DNA from: an uncultured virus (IMG/VR IMGVR_UViG_3300028897_000592)
Lineage: Duplodnaviria > Heunggongvirae > Uroviricota > Caudoviricetes
Length of the DNA: 64,000 nucleotides
Direction: 5' to 3' (one strand)
IMG/VR virus record: IMGVR_UViG_3300028897_000592
Shown: positions 1-10,227 of the stretch, piece by piece
How positions within the stretch are numbered: position 1 is the stretch's first letter
Layout: each line of letters starts with the position of its first letter
Translations under genes and position numbers: made by a program
Notes under the pieces: model-generated
The model's database searches: none
What the model saw: the letters and a program-made list of their open reading frames with translations, nothing else
Told to the model about the DNA's origin: nothing

Positions 1-475
1 TCTCTTTCTTATCAGTATCAGTAAGATCAGTAAAGAAGTTTTTAACTTTCTGTCCAAACAACAACGTATTCATAAACAATTTCTGTGGAATAAGTACTCG
101 TTCAAGTTCAGGTAGAACTTCTCGTTGACCTTTCTTTATAGGAGTTTTCATATCATATCTATAAAGAAATACTGTGTTTCCATTCTTACGATGCTTATGA
201 AATCTATCAACTCGATATAGAACACCGTCTACTTCAAATGTTAACCAAGTATGACAGTCTCTCATTACTACATCGTTGACTACGTCATCTCCATGTTTAC
301 CTGTACTAGTTACTCCATATAACGTATATGGTAAACAATCAAATATCGAAGATTTCCCAACTCCATTTGGTCCAGTAAAAAGAACAACTTTGTTGTCTCG
401 AAAATCATGAACCATCTCATCAATATAACAACAATAGTTCTTCATCCCAACTTGGAGAAATTTTACATCCTTCAT
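1..475 (-). CDS. sbcC: SbcC/Rad50-like (T4 gp46-like) ATPase, N-terminal part, runs off the window edge
   Basis: Manual translation MKDVKFLQVGMKNYCCY...VLFTGPNGVGKSSIFD (SMC-type Walker A). Start overlaps the stop of the 472..753 ORF (ATGA). Lies near the SbcD-like gene. Not in the ORF track because it is partial. Confidence 0.85.
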   Translation of the reverse strand, partial: MKDVKFLQVGMKNYCCYIDEMVHDFRDNKVVLFTGPNGVGKSSIFDCLPYTLYGVTSTGKHGDDVVNDVVMRDCHTWLTFEVDGVLYRVDRFHKHRKNGNTVFLYRYDMKTPIKKGQREVLPELERVLIPQKLFMNTLLFGQKVKNFFTDLTDTDKKE

Positions 476-753
476 ATATCTCTCCCAAAGAGTACAGACC
501 CAAAAACTTCTAATAAGACTCTAGACTCACTATGGTGTTTTAAAATAACATCATCAATATTAGACACTCCAAACATTTCTGATACTACGTACTTTAATTC
601 AATAACTTTTATAGAATCTAAAATAAGTTTTGCTAAGTCATTAATCCAAGTCGATAGTTTCTCTTTATTAGCCTGTGTTTCAGGAGGGGTCAGTTCTTTT
701 AAAAAGATAATCAAACCGATTACTTCACTTATCGGAATCTCGATTTTTTTCAT
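472..753 (-). CDS. hypothetical protein (93 aa)
   Basis: Translationally coupled ORF between sbcD and sbcC. Confidence 0.6.
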   Translation of the reverse strand: MKKIEIPISEVIGLIIFLKELTPPETQANKEKLSTWINDLAKLILDSIKVIELKYVVSEMFGVSNIDDVILKHHSESRVLLEVFGSVLFGRDI

Positions 754-1757
754 ATTATTGTCTCCTTCTGACTTTCAATTATATCAATTGCTACTTGATA
801 ATATTTCTTCCCTTCGACTTCTGGAACTTTCTTTATCTCCAAATATCTCTGTAAAATGTCCTCTTTGGACATTCTAATTGACAAACCTCTGTCCGTTACA
901 TCAACTTCAGTTTTATCTACAACTCGTAAATCAGGAGGAATATCATCAACATCAACATCTTCTCGTTTAACAATATTAACGAAGTTACCCTCGTCTTGTA
1001 AAGACTTTGCAGTTTTCACTATTTCAACTTTGTTCTCGTTAGTTATCTCAAATTCAAAATACTTCTTATAACCATACGTTAGTTCACTATCAACTTTACC
1101 AGTATTCGTATCAACTATCAGAAACCTCTTGTCTTCGTGTTTTTCACCCCAATCTAACTGAATTAAAGAACCAACATATGTAACATTTCCAACTTCCTGG
1201 GGTCTATGATAATGGGAAAGGAAACATCTCTTATAATTCTTTAAGTCATTCAGTCGAATATCAGAAACAATTGAAATTCCACTACTTAATTGCGCTTCAT
1301 TCAACCCAATATGAGCAATTAAATAATCTGCTTTACCATTTTTGATATCATTAACCATATTCGGTCCCCACGGAACAAATAAAATATTTTCAATCTTTTT
1401 TGTTTCATGTAACATTTGGACATTCGGTTCATTATCTAGACACTTCAATGCAGAAACTCCACTTCCACTCTTAGATGATAAATCATGATTACCATCAATT
1501 ACAATAAATTCAACTTTCTGGAAATCTCTAACAAAATCGAGAAGAACAGATTGCGCTAAAGTATGGATTACACTTTTAGTATGAAAAATATCTCCACCAA
1601 TCACTATATTATATAATTCGAACGACAAAGCATAATTGGCCACATTATATAAAACTGTTTTTATCATACTGAGTCTTAGAGGAAGCCCCGTATCTTTATC
1701 AATCTTATCATTAGAATATAAAGATAAATGAAGATCTCCAATATAAATAAATTTCAA
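750..1757 (-). CDS. sbcD: SbcD/Mre11-like metallophosphoesterase nuclease (T4 gp47-like)
   Basis: GDLH, GGDIFH, GNHD and SHYH motifs; next to the Rad50-like gene. Confidence 0.9.
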   Translation of the reverse strand: MKFIYIGDLHLSLYSNDKIDKDTGLPLRLSMIKTVLYNVANYALSFELYNIVIGGDIFHTKSVIHTLAQSVLLDFVRDFQKVEFIVIDGNHDLSSKSGSGVSALKCLDNEPNVQMLHETKKIENILFVPWGPNMVNDIKNGKADYLIAHIGLNEAQLSSGISIVSDIRLNDLKNYKRCFLSHYHRPQEVGNVTYVGSLIQLDWGEKHEDKRFLIVDTNTGKVDSELTYGYKKYFEFEITNENKVEIVKTAKSLQDEGNFVNIVKREDVDVDDIPPDLRVVDKTEVDVTDRGLSIRMSKEDILQRYLEIKKVPEVEGKKYYQVAIDIIESQKETII

Positions 1758-1758
1758 A

Positions 1759-3186
1759 TTACTCTCCTTTTAGAATTTCCATCGCAGATTCATAACTGAT
1801 TACCTTGATTTTATTTTTATATGCTATCATAAACTGAATATTCCAACCTCTCTTTTTATAAAAAGATAAACGTCCATAAACAGTTTTTCGAATGTCTTCA
1901 CAACCAATATCCACCATATCTATAACTATTGGTTCTCTTTTCCCCTTTTTAGGTCGAAGTACTCGTCCAGTAAGTTGTTTAATATTTGAAATTGGAGATG
2001 AAACAATAAGAGTATCTATATGTGGTGCGTCAACTCCATCTCGTATTTTTAATGGAGTTGCAAAAACATTTTCAAACTTAAGTTTATCCATTTTTGCGTT
2101 CCCAACAAACTTTGATTTGTTATCACTTTTTAAAGAGTCATACAACAAGTCAATCAGTTTTAGTCTTTCACCAATAAACAAAACATTCCTTTTATCATTT
2201 TTAAACTTATACAACAAAGATTTAGAAACTTCCACTAAAGGTTTTGACTTCTTCATTTGAGTAAGATATCTTGACTTTTGAAACTCGCCTCCCCAATACA
2301 AATATTTAAACCTTTTTGGAATATCAATTTTATAATCTAGTAACAATATTGTAACTCGAGCAGACATCGAACCAGCTACGTCTTCATCAACAAAAGTTTC
2401 TCCCAAATGAAAATTAATTATATCACCATTTCCATCCCAACGATATGGTGTAGCACTCAAACCATAAACATTTCTAGCTGGAATGTAAATAGAACATTCT
2501 GAGAAAGTAGGTGCACCAACTGAAGTATGGACTTCATCACCAATAAAAATACCAATACCGGCTTTATCCAAAGCATTCAAAAATTTATTTCTATTCCTTT
2601 TTAATAAAGATATAAATGTTTGGTCTGTACATATTATTATTGGTTTCTTTAAATCCTCTTCGAAAGTACTTGATGTGACTCTTGAAACATCATTCTCTGT
2701 TAAATTAGTAAATGATAAAAATCCTTGAGGAGGGTCTGAATCTTTCTCACCTCTCCACTGGTCAGCTAAACTATCTCTATGAACTAGAATAAAAGTTTTC
2801 TTTTTTCTTTCAGCAACCATATAAATCGAAACTACTGTTTTTCCAACTGCAGGTTGAAGTTCTAAAATAATATTTCTATTTTTAAGAAGACATTCTATAG
2901 CTCTTTTTTGTGTATCATTCCTCGGAATTATATGATGAGTTATATTAATTGACTGACCTTCTTCAGTTAAGTCACGAATATTACAATCTACAAAATTCTC
3001 AATAGGAAAGAACCTAGGAACAACCAAATAGTGATTGGTTTCAACGTAGAACTTATTTACTGTAAAGTCCGGAGTATTATAATTTCTAGTCCGTCTCCGT
3101 AGGAACTCCTTAACCTGCCAATAAAACTCTTCTTCCTCATATTTCCTAGGGATAAACAAACCAGATTTCCTTATAACGTCAATCAT
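1759..3186 (-). CDS. superfamily 2 helicase (UvsW/XPB-like)
   Basis: PAVGKT, DEVH, GLSATP and QLTGRVLR motifs. Confidence 0.88.
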   Translation of the reverse strand: MIDVIRKSGLFIPRKYEEEEFYWQVKEFLRRRTRNYNTPDFTVNKFYVETNHYLVVPRFFPIENFVDCNIRDLTEEGQSINITHHIIPRNDTQKRAIECLLKNRNIILELQPAVGKTVVSIYMVAERKKKTFILVHRDSLADQWRGEKDSDPPQGFLSFTNLTENDVSRVTSSTFEEDLKKPIIICTDQTFISLLKRNRNKFLNALDKAGIGIFIGDEVHTSVGAPTFSECSIYIPARNVYGLSATPYRWDGNGDIINFHLGETFVDEDVAGSMSARVTILLLDYKIDIPKRFKYLYWGGEFQKSRYLTQMKKSKPLVEVSKSLLYKFKNDKRNVLFIGERLKLIDLLYDSLKSDNKSKFVGNAKMDKLKFENVFATPLKIRDGVDAPHIDTLIVSSPISNIKQLTGRVLRPKKGKREPIVIDMVDIGCEDIRKTVYGRLSFYKKRGWNIQFMIAYKNKIKVISYESAMEILKGE

Positions 3187-3188
3187 AA

Positions 3189-3518
3189 TTATTTTTCCTC
3201 TTTATAATACTCCTTCTTAACTCGTTTATATAAATCGTTAAAACAAGGTCCTTTTTCAGCCCCCATCATATTACGTCTCGAACCTTCGTATTTTAGAACT
3301 TCGATTTTCTTAAAATGTTCTGCCATTCTCTTATTAGTTACGACAATGTCGTAACCAGTTCCTATTTCGTCAAGAGTATTAAACAAATCATTTATCTCAA
3401 ATTCTTCTCCCTCAATATTTACATACTTCGTAGTAATAGTTCGAACTTCTGTTTCGGTACGAAACTTAATTTTTAATGGTTTAGCTTTTAAATTCATCTT
3501 CAATTGTTTATCTTCCAT
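3189..3518 (-). CDS. hypothetical protein
   Basis: ORF in operon context. Confidence 0.55.
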   Translation of the reverse strand: MEDKQLKMNLKAKPLKIKFRTETEVRTITTKYVNIEGEEFEINDLFNTLDEIGTGYDIVVTNKRMAEHFKKIEVLKYEGSRRNMMGAEKGPCFNDLYKRVKKEYYKEEK

Positions 3519-3522
3519 AACT

Positions 3523-3942
3523 CTACTCCAATGAAAATGTAGCTTTAGATCCGTCAGTCTCGTAAATTGTTACATAATCCATTTTAACATTTTCACGATC
3601 TATCGCGAGATTTGCTTCTAATTTATTAAACAGAAGTTCTGCCAACCGTTCTGACGTGGGATCAAATTCGAAAAACTCCGTTTCAGTTCCAACTGGAACA
3701 TATCTAACAAGATATTTGTCACACTCATTTAATAATAAAGAATGATCCCACATTTCTAAGAAATGAGTAACATATTGTTTAAGGTCACCAAAATCAATAA
3801 CCATGTCGTTTTTATCTAGGTTCTCACTTCTTACCCCAACCAGAATCGTTAGATTATGACCATGAATTGATTTACATTTTCCCTTATGTTTACTAAGTCT
3901 ATGTCCAACTGCTATATCAAATTTCTTTTCTATTCTATACAT
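3523..3942 (-). CDS. queD: 6-carboxytetrahydropterin synthase QueD
   Basis: GHRL..HKGKCKSIHGHN, VIDFGDLK, WDHSLL, PTSE and YET motifs. Confidence 0.93.
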   Translation of the reverse strand: MYRIEKKFDIAVGHRLSKHKGKCKSIHGHNLTILVGVRSENLDKNDMVIDFGDLKQYVTHFLEMWDHSLLLNECDKYLVRYVPVGTETEFFEFDPTSERLAELLFNKLEANLAIDRENVKMDYVTIYETDGSKATFSLE

Positions 3943-3944
3943 AA

Positions 3945-4313
3945 TTAACCCTTTATAAGTTCTTCAAATTTTGAATTTCTATATAAGTTTTTTTGCGTAA
4001 GATCATCAATTCTTACATCAACTTCCAATCCAACTCTCGCATACATTTCAATAATTAAACTAATCAAATAACTAACATTCGATCGAAGAATCGCTCGGGA
4101 AATAGTCTCAAACCTTATCTTCATTTCTTCTGCTTTTCTTCCCATCATATCATCAACCCAATCGATCTTCCCTTCCCCACCACATTTCTTACAAACTTCA
4201 AGCAAACAAAACTCACGTATTACAACTCGTTGACCTTCACAAATAGAACATTTTACAAGATTTCCTTTATCCTCAATTTGTCGGTCCTCTTGTCTAAAAA
4301 TATTTTCATTCAT
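3945..4313 (-). CDS. zinc-finger protein (DnaJ-type CxxCxGxG repeats, DWV motif)
   Basis: CSICEG...CKKCGGEGKIDWV. Confidence 0.6.
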   Translation of the reverse strand: MNENIFRQEDRQIEDKGNLVKCSICEGQRVVIREFCLLEVCKKCGGEGKIDWVDDMMGRKAEEMKIRFETISRAILRSNVSYLISLIIEMYARVGLEVDVRIDDLTQKNLYRNSKFEELIKG

Positions 4314-5640
4314 TCATAACTCCACCATATTGTAATAAAACAAACTTTCGCGCATCTTTGAGGTTCTCAAATATCATTTTTTCTTGTTCCAAAAGACTAG
4401 AAATATCTGTCTCTAAAGATAGTAGTTTTCCAATTCTATATTTAGAAAACAGTTGTCTTACTATTTCTTCTTTAATTTTACTTTCTTTCGCAATACTACT
4501 AATTATTATTTCTGGTTGAGATTTAGACATTGTAGTAAGTTTTTTAGACAAAACTGGTTTTATCTTCTCTAGTATCTGGTTTTCTAAAATCTGTTCTTTT
4601 ATTTTTGTAAGTTCATAATTTAACATATTTTCAGTTGTATTAGAAAACATATTAAAAGTAGTTAAAAGTAAATTATCTATCGAAGTTAATTTCACTTGTT
4701 CATTACTATCAACAACAATTGTTTCAAAAGAAATACCACCCTTTACTGCGTCCTTTAGTTTTTCTACAAACTTTTTAAATATCAAATCTCTGTTTCTTTG
4801 TCTCAAAACTTTAAATTCAATCTTAGTTTTCGTTACAGATAGGTCACAAAATCCAACATCTTGATTATCAAACTCTTTAGAAAATCTACTTAATAAACTT
4901 TCAAATTTCCTTCCAGGTGGCCATGAATATAAAAACACTGTATTATTAGTTACATTCTCTCTTATTATTCCTTCAATATTAATGGTAGCTTTTCCAGTTG
5001 TTAATAAAGTCTCTAAATCGTCATTTTTAGAAGTAATATTGCAGTCTATTATCGGCTTAATAGTTGATCTTGTTTTCTCGACTCCAAGAAGCCATAACAG
5101 ACGTTTATATAAATCTCCTATTTTATAACACGGAATATAACTTCTATATCCAAACCCAATTCCCTGAGAGAACTCGTTACCAAGTAAACACAAAGGAAAC
5201 ATTGTTGGAAGATACAGTGGTTCTTTCTGACTTAATTCATTTACTTCCCATTTAACATGTTGTATGTAATTAAAAACAAAATTCAATATAAATCTAGAAA
5301 TTTTACACTCAGTATATCTTGACGCAGCTGGGGGTTCAGGTTCAACTCCAATATTACAACCAAAGTTTCCCTGACCATCTAAAAATCCTTGTTTAACTAG
5401 TTGTGTTATAGTTCCATACACAGACCCGTGGGGATGAAAATTGCCAATTACATGCCCATCAATTCTAGCACTTTTAACAAACCGGTCTTTGGCTATCTGA
5501 TAGGCAGATAGTAAAACTCGTCTCTCAACCGGCTTTAGTCCGTCTACATCTAACGGAAAGGATCTAGAAGAATTTATGTATTGTCCGTATTCTTTATACA
5601 ATGTTGGAATTATCTTATCCACTTTTATGATCCTCTTCAA
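4306..5640 (-). CDS. gyrA: type IIA DNA topoisomerase subunit A (GyrA/ParC-like, no CTD; T4 gp52-like size)
   Basis: DGLKPVERR, HPHG, GQGNFG and catalytic AASRYT; only 444 aa. Confidence 0.9.
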   Translation of the reverse strand: MKRIIKVDKIIPTLYKEYGQYINSSRSFPLDVDGLKPVERRVLLSAYQIAKDRFVKSARIDGHVIGNFHPHGSVYGTITQLVKQGFLDGQGNFGCNIGVEPEPPAASRYTECKISRFILNFVFNYIQHVKWEVNELSQKEPLYLPTMFPLCLLGNEFSQGIGFGYRSYIPCYKIGDLYKRLLWLLGVEKTRSTIKPIIDCNITSKNDDLETLLTTGKATINIEGIIRENVTNNTVFLYSWPPGRKFESLLSRFSKEFDNQDVGFCDLSVTKTKIEFKVLRQRNRDLIFKKFVEKLKDAVKGGISFETIVVDSNEQVKLTSIDNLLLTTFNMFSNTTENMLNYELTKIKEQILENQILEKIKPVLSKKLTTMSKSQPEIIISSIAKESKIKEEIVRQLFSKYRIGKLLSLETDISSLLEQEKMIFENLKDARKFVLLQYGGVMNE

Positions 5641-5884
5641 GTAACTTATAACCTAAACTTTCTTGAGTTTGTGGTACCTCCTCTAAATTAACTACAATTC
5701 TTATAGGTGAGAACTCAGATTCCCATGTCATCCAGTATTTGTACTCAGAACGTTTATAAATATAGTCACTAATAATTTTTCTTAAAGTTGTCTCACTGAT
5801 AAATAAAGAAGACTTAACTGTTTTATCCGTTTTTTCCATTTCTGTTCTTTTATTTATAGCTTCAAGATCTTTCTTTATTGTCAT
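5615..5884 (-). CDS. hypothetical protein
   Basis: ORF in operon context. Confidence 0.5.
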   Translation of the reverse strand: MTIKKDLEAINKRTEMEKTDKTVKSSLFISETTLRKIISDYIYKRSEYKYWMTWESEFSPIRIVVNLEEVPQTQESLGYKLLEEDHKSG

Positions 5885-5911
5885 TTTTTCTACATTTTCC
5901 TCTTTTCAACA

Positions 5912-6328
5912 TTATGTCTGAGCCACTATAAGACCAGACCTTCTACCTAAAGTGACATTCTTTATTTTACTCATATTCGGAAATTTTGGAACTCCAAGTT
6001 CGACTATTGTTTCCGCACCATCTGGACTACTAAGAGGATCAAACCAACTTCCACCATATTCAGAAGCATAAACTTTTCCTCTATGAAATGAATATGTAAA
6101 ATCGGTTCCTTTACTATTGTCCCATGGCCACGGCCAACCCTTGTCTGGCGTCGTAGCGTCATCTCTTATTGTAAGAAACTCAGAAACTTTTCTTCTAAAC
6201 TTTTTTATTGTATCTGAACTTAAAATACTTTCTGGTATCCCTCTTGGATAACCATCCCACGCTATACTTCCTATCCACTCACTTTTTCTGCCAATTCCAA
6301 TATAAAAATCAGCTCTCGTTCCCATCAT
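5912..6328 (-). CDS. conserved phage hypothetical protein (MGTRADFY...WDGYP)
   Basis: MGTR...DGYP pattern seen in small phage proteins; GAGGAG RBS. Confidence 0.6.
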   Translation of the reverse strand: MMGTRADFYIGIGRKSEWIGSIAWDGYPRGIPESILSSDTIKKFRRKVSEFLTIRDDATTPDKGWPWPWDNSKGTDFTYSFHRGKVYASEYGGSWFDPLSSPDGAETIVELGVPKFPNMSKIKNVTLGRRSGLIVAQT

Positions 6329-6334
6329 TACTCC

Positions 6335-6832
6335 TCAAAAAAGATCCTCAAGAATCTTACAAGCTTCTTCTGGATCTTTAGTCCACACATCAACTGTCTT
6401 TCTTACAAATGGATGAAAACAATTTGCATCTTTATCTGGATCTCCATTAAGAATACCAATGACAGTTTTCGTAGGGTTCAAAAAATATCCACATAATTCA
6501 AATAAAGTTCCAATGAAAGGTCTTGTTTTATCATAATGGTTCATATTCGCAATTCCTACGTTAGACCAAAATACATAACCAAGATCTCGACTAGGAAGGA
6601 TATTAGAAACTTTATTTGAAGAAATTCCTTCCTTAAATTCCATAGAACTTCCTAAGTACTTTTTCAATGCTTCTTGAGAAAACTTATTTCTACATGGATC
6701 CTTTATTATAAACCTCTTATCTAGAATTAAACCTCTACGAGTATAAAAATAATCCCAAATCTCTTTTCTCCATTCATAAGTTCTAGGATCGGCTGTAATT
6801 TGTCCAGCCAAATAAACTTTTATATCAATCAT
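6335..6832 (-). CDS. nucleoside 2-deoxyribosyltransferase-like protein
   Basis: N-terminal KVYLAGQI, plus RDL and GTLFEL motifs typical of the NDT/Rcl fold. Confidence 0.65.
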   Translation of the reverse strand: MIDIKVYLAGQITADPRTYEWRKEIWDYFYTRRGLILDKRFIIKDPCRNKFSQEALKKYLGSSMEFKEGISSNKVSNILPSRDLGYVFWSNVGIANMNHYDKTRPFIGTLFELCGYFLNPTKTVIGILNGDPDKDANCFHPFVRKTVDVWTKDPEEACKILEDLF

Positions 6833-6835
6833 ACC

Positions 6836-7258
6836 CTATTCCTTTTGATGTTTGTCAATAGTTTCTTTTATCCAGTTATAACAACTTCCACATATAACTG
6901 CGTTTCTCATTTCTGGTTCTATATAATGTTTCCACTCCTTATCAGGAATATGAAATAGATCAGGCCAGAGTTTTCCACATTTCTGACAGATAACTGGATA
7001 TTGGATCCAAGGAACTCTTCCCTTCTCAGTCAAAATTTCTAACCATCTATCTTCTTGTTCAGTACTTAATCCATTTTCATAAACTTCTTCCGGAAGACCA
7101 CTGTATTTCTCTTTAAAGTCATAATGTTCAGTAATTCCTAATTTCTCATAACAACATCCACAAGATATTAGTTGCTTACCACAAAACGGACAACGTTCCA
7201 TATCACAACCAAACACATGTAACTGTCCTTCTTCTACATTACAATCATGACAATTCAT
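6836..7258 (-). CDS. Cys-rich hypothetical protein (CHDC...HxxGCDxERCPxCGxQLISCGC)
   Basis: Many Cys/His motifs. Probable start at MNCHDC after a GGAGG RBS; the ORF track extends it to 7318. Confidence 0.65.
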   Translation of the reverse strand: MNCHDCNVEEGQLHVFGCDMERCPFCGKQLISCGCCYEKLGITEHYDFKEKYSGLPEEVYENGLSTEQEDRWLEILTEKGRVPWIQYPVICQKCGKLWPDLFHIPDKEWKHYIEPEMRNAVICGSCYNWIKETIDKHQKE

Positions 7259-7259
7259 T

Positions 7260-7475
7260 CTAGTCCTCCGGCCATCTACGAAGTTCCATTTTACAACAAC
7301 CTCCTTCTTTAATTCCAAACTCTTCGCAAAATCTGTTAGATGCGTCCATAAGTTCTTCAGTTAGATTAAATCTAAGAGTCGGAAAATTAACAGTAAGTAA
7401 CTTATCATCTATCCTATGTACAGGTAAGTCACATAACATTAATTTACCTTTATGTTTACATATATAAACTCTCAT
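7260..7475 (-). CDS. hypothetical protein
   Basis: ORF with RBS, coupled to its neighbours. Confidence 0.5.
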   Translation of the reverse strand: MRVYICKHKGKLMLCDLPVHRIDDKLLTVNFPTLRFNLTEELMDASNRFCEEFGIKEGGCCKMELRRWPED

Positions 7476-7925
7476 TTAAACTCCACCTTTTAAATTAAAA
7501 GTAACATCAACTTTACCAAACTTATCAAGTTCTTCAATAACTTTAATCATTGGGTTACCTTTTGTTGACCTTGTTGTAACCACCAGTTTGTACATTTCTT
7601 CAATGTCAGTTTTCTTTGGAATTGTAGACTGATATATAAATCTACTACCAGATCTTGTCTTAACGATAAATTGCTCTGCAAAAGGACTTTTCATGATTCT
7701 TGTTAGAGCTTTACTAACTGATTTTATTTCAACGCCTAGAAAATCAGCGATCTCATTAGCATCTATAAATCCATTAATTTTATGAAGAACCCATAAAATA
7801 TCTTTACCTAAGATCCCAAAGGGACGAACAGAATTAAGTCCCTTATTCGTCCCCATTACTGAAATACGTCCCATCTTCTTGAACTCTTCTCGTAATGTCC
7901 AATTATCTTTCATACTAAGTGTCAT
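7476..7925 (-). CDS. putative winged-HTH DNA-binding protein
   Basis: DANEIADFLGVEIKSVSKALTRI helix-turn-helix pattern. Confidence 0.6.
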   Translation of the reverse strand: MTLSMKDNWTLREEFKKMGRISVMGTNKGLNSVRPFGILGKDILWVLHKINGFIDANEIADFLGVEIKSVSKALTRIMKSPFAEQFIVKTRSGSRFIYQSTIPKKTDIEEMYKLVVTTRSTKGNPMIKVIEELDKFGKVDVTFNLKGGV

Positions 7926-7945
7926 TTTTATCCTCTTAATTAAAA

Positions 7946-8128
7946 TTATTTTTCAAACTTCAACTTGTCTTTTAGAGTACATTGCGTTCTTATCTTGACT
8001 GCTCGTCGGTTCTCTTTTAGAACCTTCTTCTTCTTGTTTTTTCCCCATCCACAAAGAAACTCATTATTTTCTCCAACAAACATAAGACTACATCCCTTAC
8101 ATTCTTTAGTCAGTGTTTTACTCATACA
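7946..8128 (-). CDS. small Cys-containing basic protein
   Basis: Probable start MSKTLTKECKGC; CxxC...C...C pattern. Confidence 0.45.
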   Translation of the reverse strand, partial: CMSKTLTKECKGCSLMFVGENNEFLCGWGKNKKKKVLKENRRAVKIRTQCTLKDKLKFEK

Positions 8129-9944
8129 TAACCTCTTCAACAGAAGACCATTCTCCACTTCTTTCTAAAAGATCTCTCTTCTCACTTGACTCAGAAAATA
8201 ATTTAGTAAGTTTCTTTAAGTTATTAGTAAATGATAACTGAACCAGTTTTCTAGTTGATTTGTCTACAAGACATACTTTCAACTGACTAGGATTTAACTC
8301 ACCAAGACCTTTGAACCTACTTACGTTTTTCTTATTCTGTATTGCCTCTTTAACTTCTTTTTCTGTCCATAACGGAATAAAAGTTTTTCCTTCATTGATA
8401 GCAAAAAGTGGTGTTCTAGCAATATAGTACTTTTGTTTCTTAATTATCTCTGGTACCAAAACTGCTAAAACCATTGTAATCAAACTAGCTATATGAGAAC
8501 CATCTGGGTCTGCGTCCGTAGCACAAATTATCTTATCATATCGAAGTTTAGAAATATGAAAGTCAGGTCCAACTCCAGTACCAAGGGATTGTATTAACTC
8601 ACCAATTTCTTTATTATTTAAAATATCTTTTGCATTTGAGATATTCGGAACCTTCCCCTTTAAAGGAAGAACAGCATGAATTCTAGGATCTCTACATTGT
8701 ATCAATGAACCACTCGCCGACTGACCTTCAGTTATAAAAAGTTCTCCATTTCTACTAGTACAATCTCGAAGCTTAGTAAATTTAGTAGAAGCTCTTTTTC
8801 CATTAGTAGTAGATCTTAATTTTCGAGAGTCGACTTTTCTTCTGTATTGCTCAAACATATTCAATATTGTTTTTAATTCATCTTGTTCTTTATCAAAATA
8901 AGATTCAATACTAAATCTTACTTTCTTTAAAAGTTTATCAAAGTAACTCTTCCTATTTACTAACTTATCCTTTGTTTGTCCATGAAACTCTGGTTTCTTA
9001 AGATACAAACTCAAATAAGATCTTAAACCACATATACTATCTTGGGGTTGAAAATGAAAACCTAGTCGTTTTCCTTTTGCTACAAAAATATCACGAATAA
9101 CTTCAAAGAAACAATTTACGTGTGTTCCTCCGTTGTCTACAGGAAGAAGATTAATTGAAGAAAGAATTCTTGGAGCGATACTTCCTTCTAAAGTATAACA
9201 AAAAGTTACACCAAACGACTCAGAACCCTCAGTTGACTTAAATGATAATATTTTTGTATAACCATTATCAGAATTTCCCAAACAATATTTATCGAAATAA
9301 TGTTGTTTATCTATTTTAATAATCTCACGATTTTTATCAATATTTAAAACTAAAGTTACTTGTGGTAATTCTACTGAAGAAATAAGTAGTCTCCTCCTAA
9401 TTCTTTCAATATCTGGAAGAAGAGTTTCGAATATTTTCTGGTCCGGTTTGAACATAATTTTAGTCGAAAAGGGTCTTACGTCTTCAAATTTGTCTATCTT
9501 TTTGTTTTTAAATTTCGAATTCTCAAAATTAAATACTGCATGTTTCTTATCTCTATAGATCTCAACTACATAAAAACTACTTAAAGCATTAACAGCAACA
9601 AGACCAATACCATGTAAACCAGAAACAATTTCGTAAGCAGTTTTAGTATGTTGAAATTTTGCTCCAGAAAACATTTTAGTGGAAATAATATTGGGTGTAT
9701 TATTTGTAATTGGAATTCCTCTTCCATTATCTATTATTGCATAAATATTATTTTCAGTGTCTAAATTTACTGCTATAATTGAGGCAAATCCAGCAAGACA
9801 CTCATCAAGAGCATTATCAATTGCTTCTTCTATTAAATGAGTTGGATTTGAAGTTTCTCCTATGTACATTCCAGGATGAAGTTGAATGTGCTCTATTTCA
9901 TCTAAAACAGAAATGTGCTTTGAACTATAGTCTCCTTTACCCAT
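8118..9944 (-). CDS. gyrB: type IIA DNA topoisomerase subunit B (GyrB/ParE-like)
   Basis: PGMYIG, EAIDNALDE, DNGRGIP, GLHGIG; TOPRIM EGQSA, PLKGK, DADPDG; RFKGLGE. Confidence 0.93.
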   Translation of the reverse strand: MGKGDYSSKHISVLDEIEHIQLHPGMYIGETSNPTHLIEEAIDNALDECLAGFASIIAVNLDTENNIYAIIDNGRGIPITNNTPNIISTKMFSGAKFQHTKTAYEIVSGLHGIGLVAVNALSSFYVVEIYRDKKHAVFNFENSKFKNKKIDKFEDVRPFSTKIMFKPDQKIFETLLPDIERIRRRLLISSVELPQVTLVLNIDKNREIIKIDKQHYFDKYCLGNSDNGYTKILSFKSTEGSESFGVTFCYTLEGSIAPRILSSINLLPVDNGGTHVNCFFEVIRDIFVAKGKRLGFHFQPQDSICGLRSYLSLYLKKPEFHGQTKDKLVNRKSYFDKLLKKVRFSIESYFDKEQDELKTILNMFEQYRRKVDSRKLRSTTNGKRASTKFTKLRDCTSRNGELFITEGQSASGSLIQCRDPRIHAVLPLKGKVPNISNAKDILNNKEIGELIQSLGTGVGPDFHISKLRYDKIICATDADPDGSHIASLITMVLAVLVPEIIKKQKYYIARTPLFAINEGKTFIPLWTEKEVKEAIQNKKNVSRFKGLGELNPSQLKVCLVDKSTRKLVQLSFTNNLKKLTKLFSESSEKRDLLERSGEWSSVEEVMYE

Positions 9945-10203
9945 CCATCCCTTCCTTTTCTTTTATTTTCTTAATAGTTTTATAATAAACTTCTAGATAA
10001 CTTGGTTCTATAAACTCCTCTGGATTAACATTTCTATTAATAAATAAACAGTATAAAACTGCTTGTTTTGTAAATTTTAGGTTTCTACTAACTCTAGGAT
10101 CGTCTTTAATAGTTTTACAATACAGATACACATAAAACGGGTCGGTGATACAAGATACTAAATCTGGATTTTCAGAAAAATTATTGAACGCATATGATGA
10201 CAT
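9937..10203 (-). CDS. hypothetical protein
   Basis: ORF; start uncertain (10203 or 10224). Confidence 0.5.
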   Translation of the reverse strand: MSSYAFNNFSENPDLVSCITDPFYVYLYCKTIKDDPRVSRNLKFTKQAVLYCLFINRNVNPEEFIEPSYLEVYYKTIKKIKEKEGMDG

Positions 10204-10227
10204 TTCTTTCTTATCTAACCACACCTC

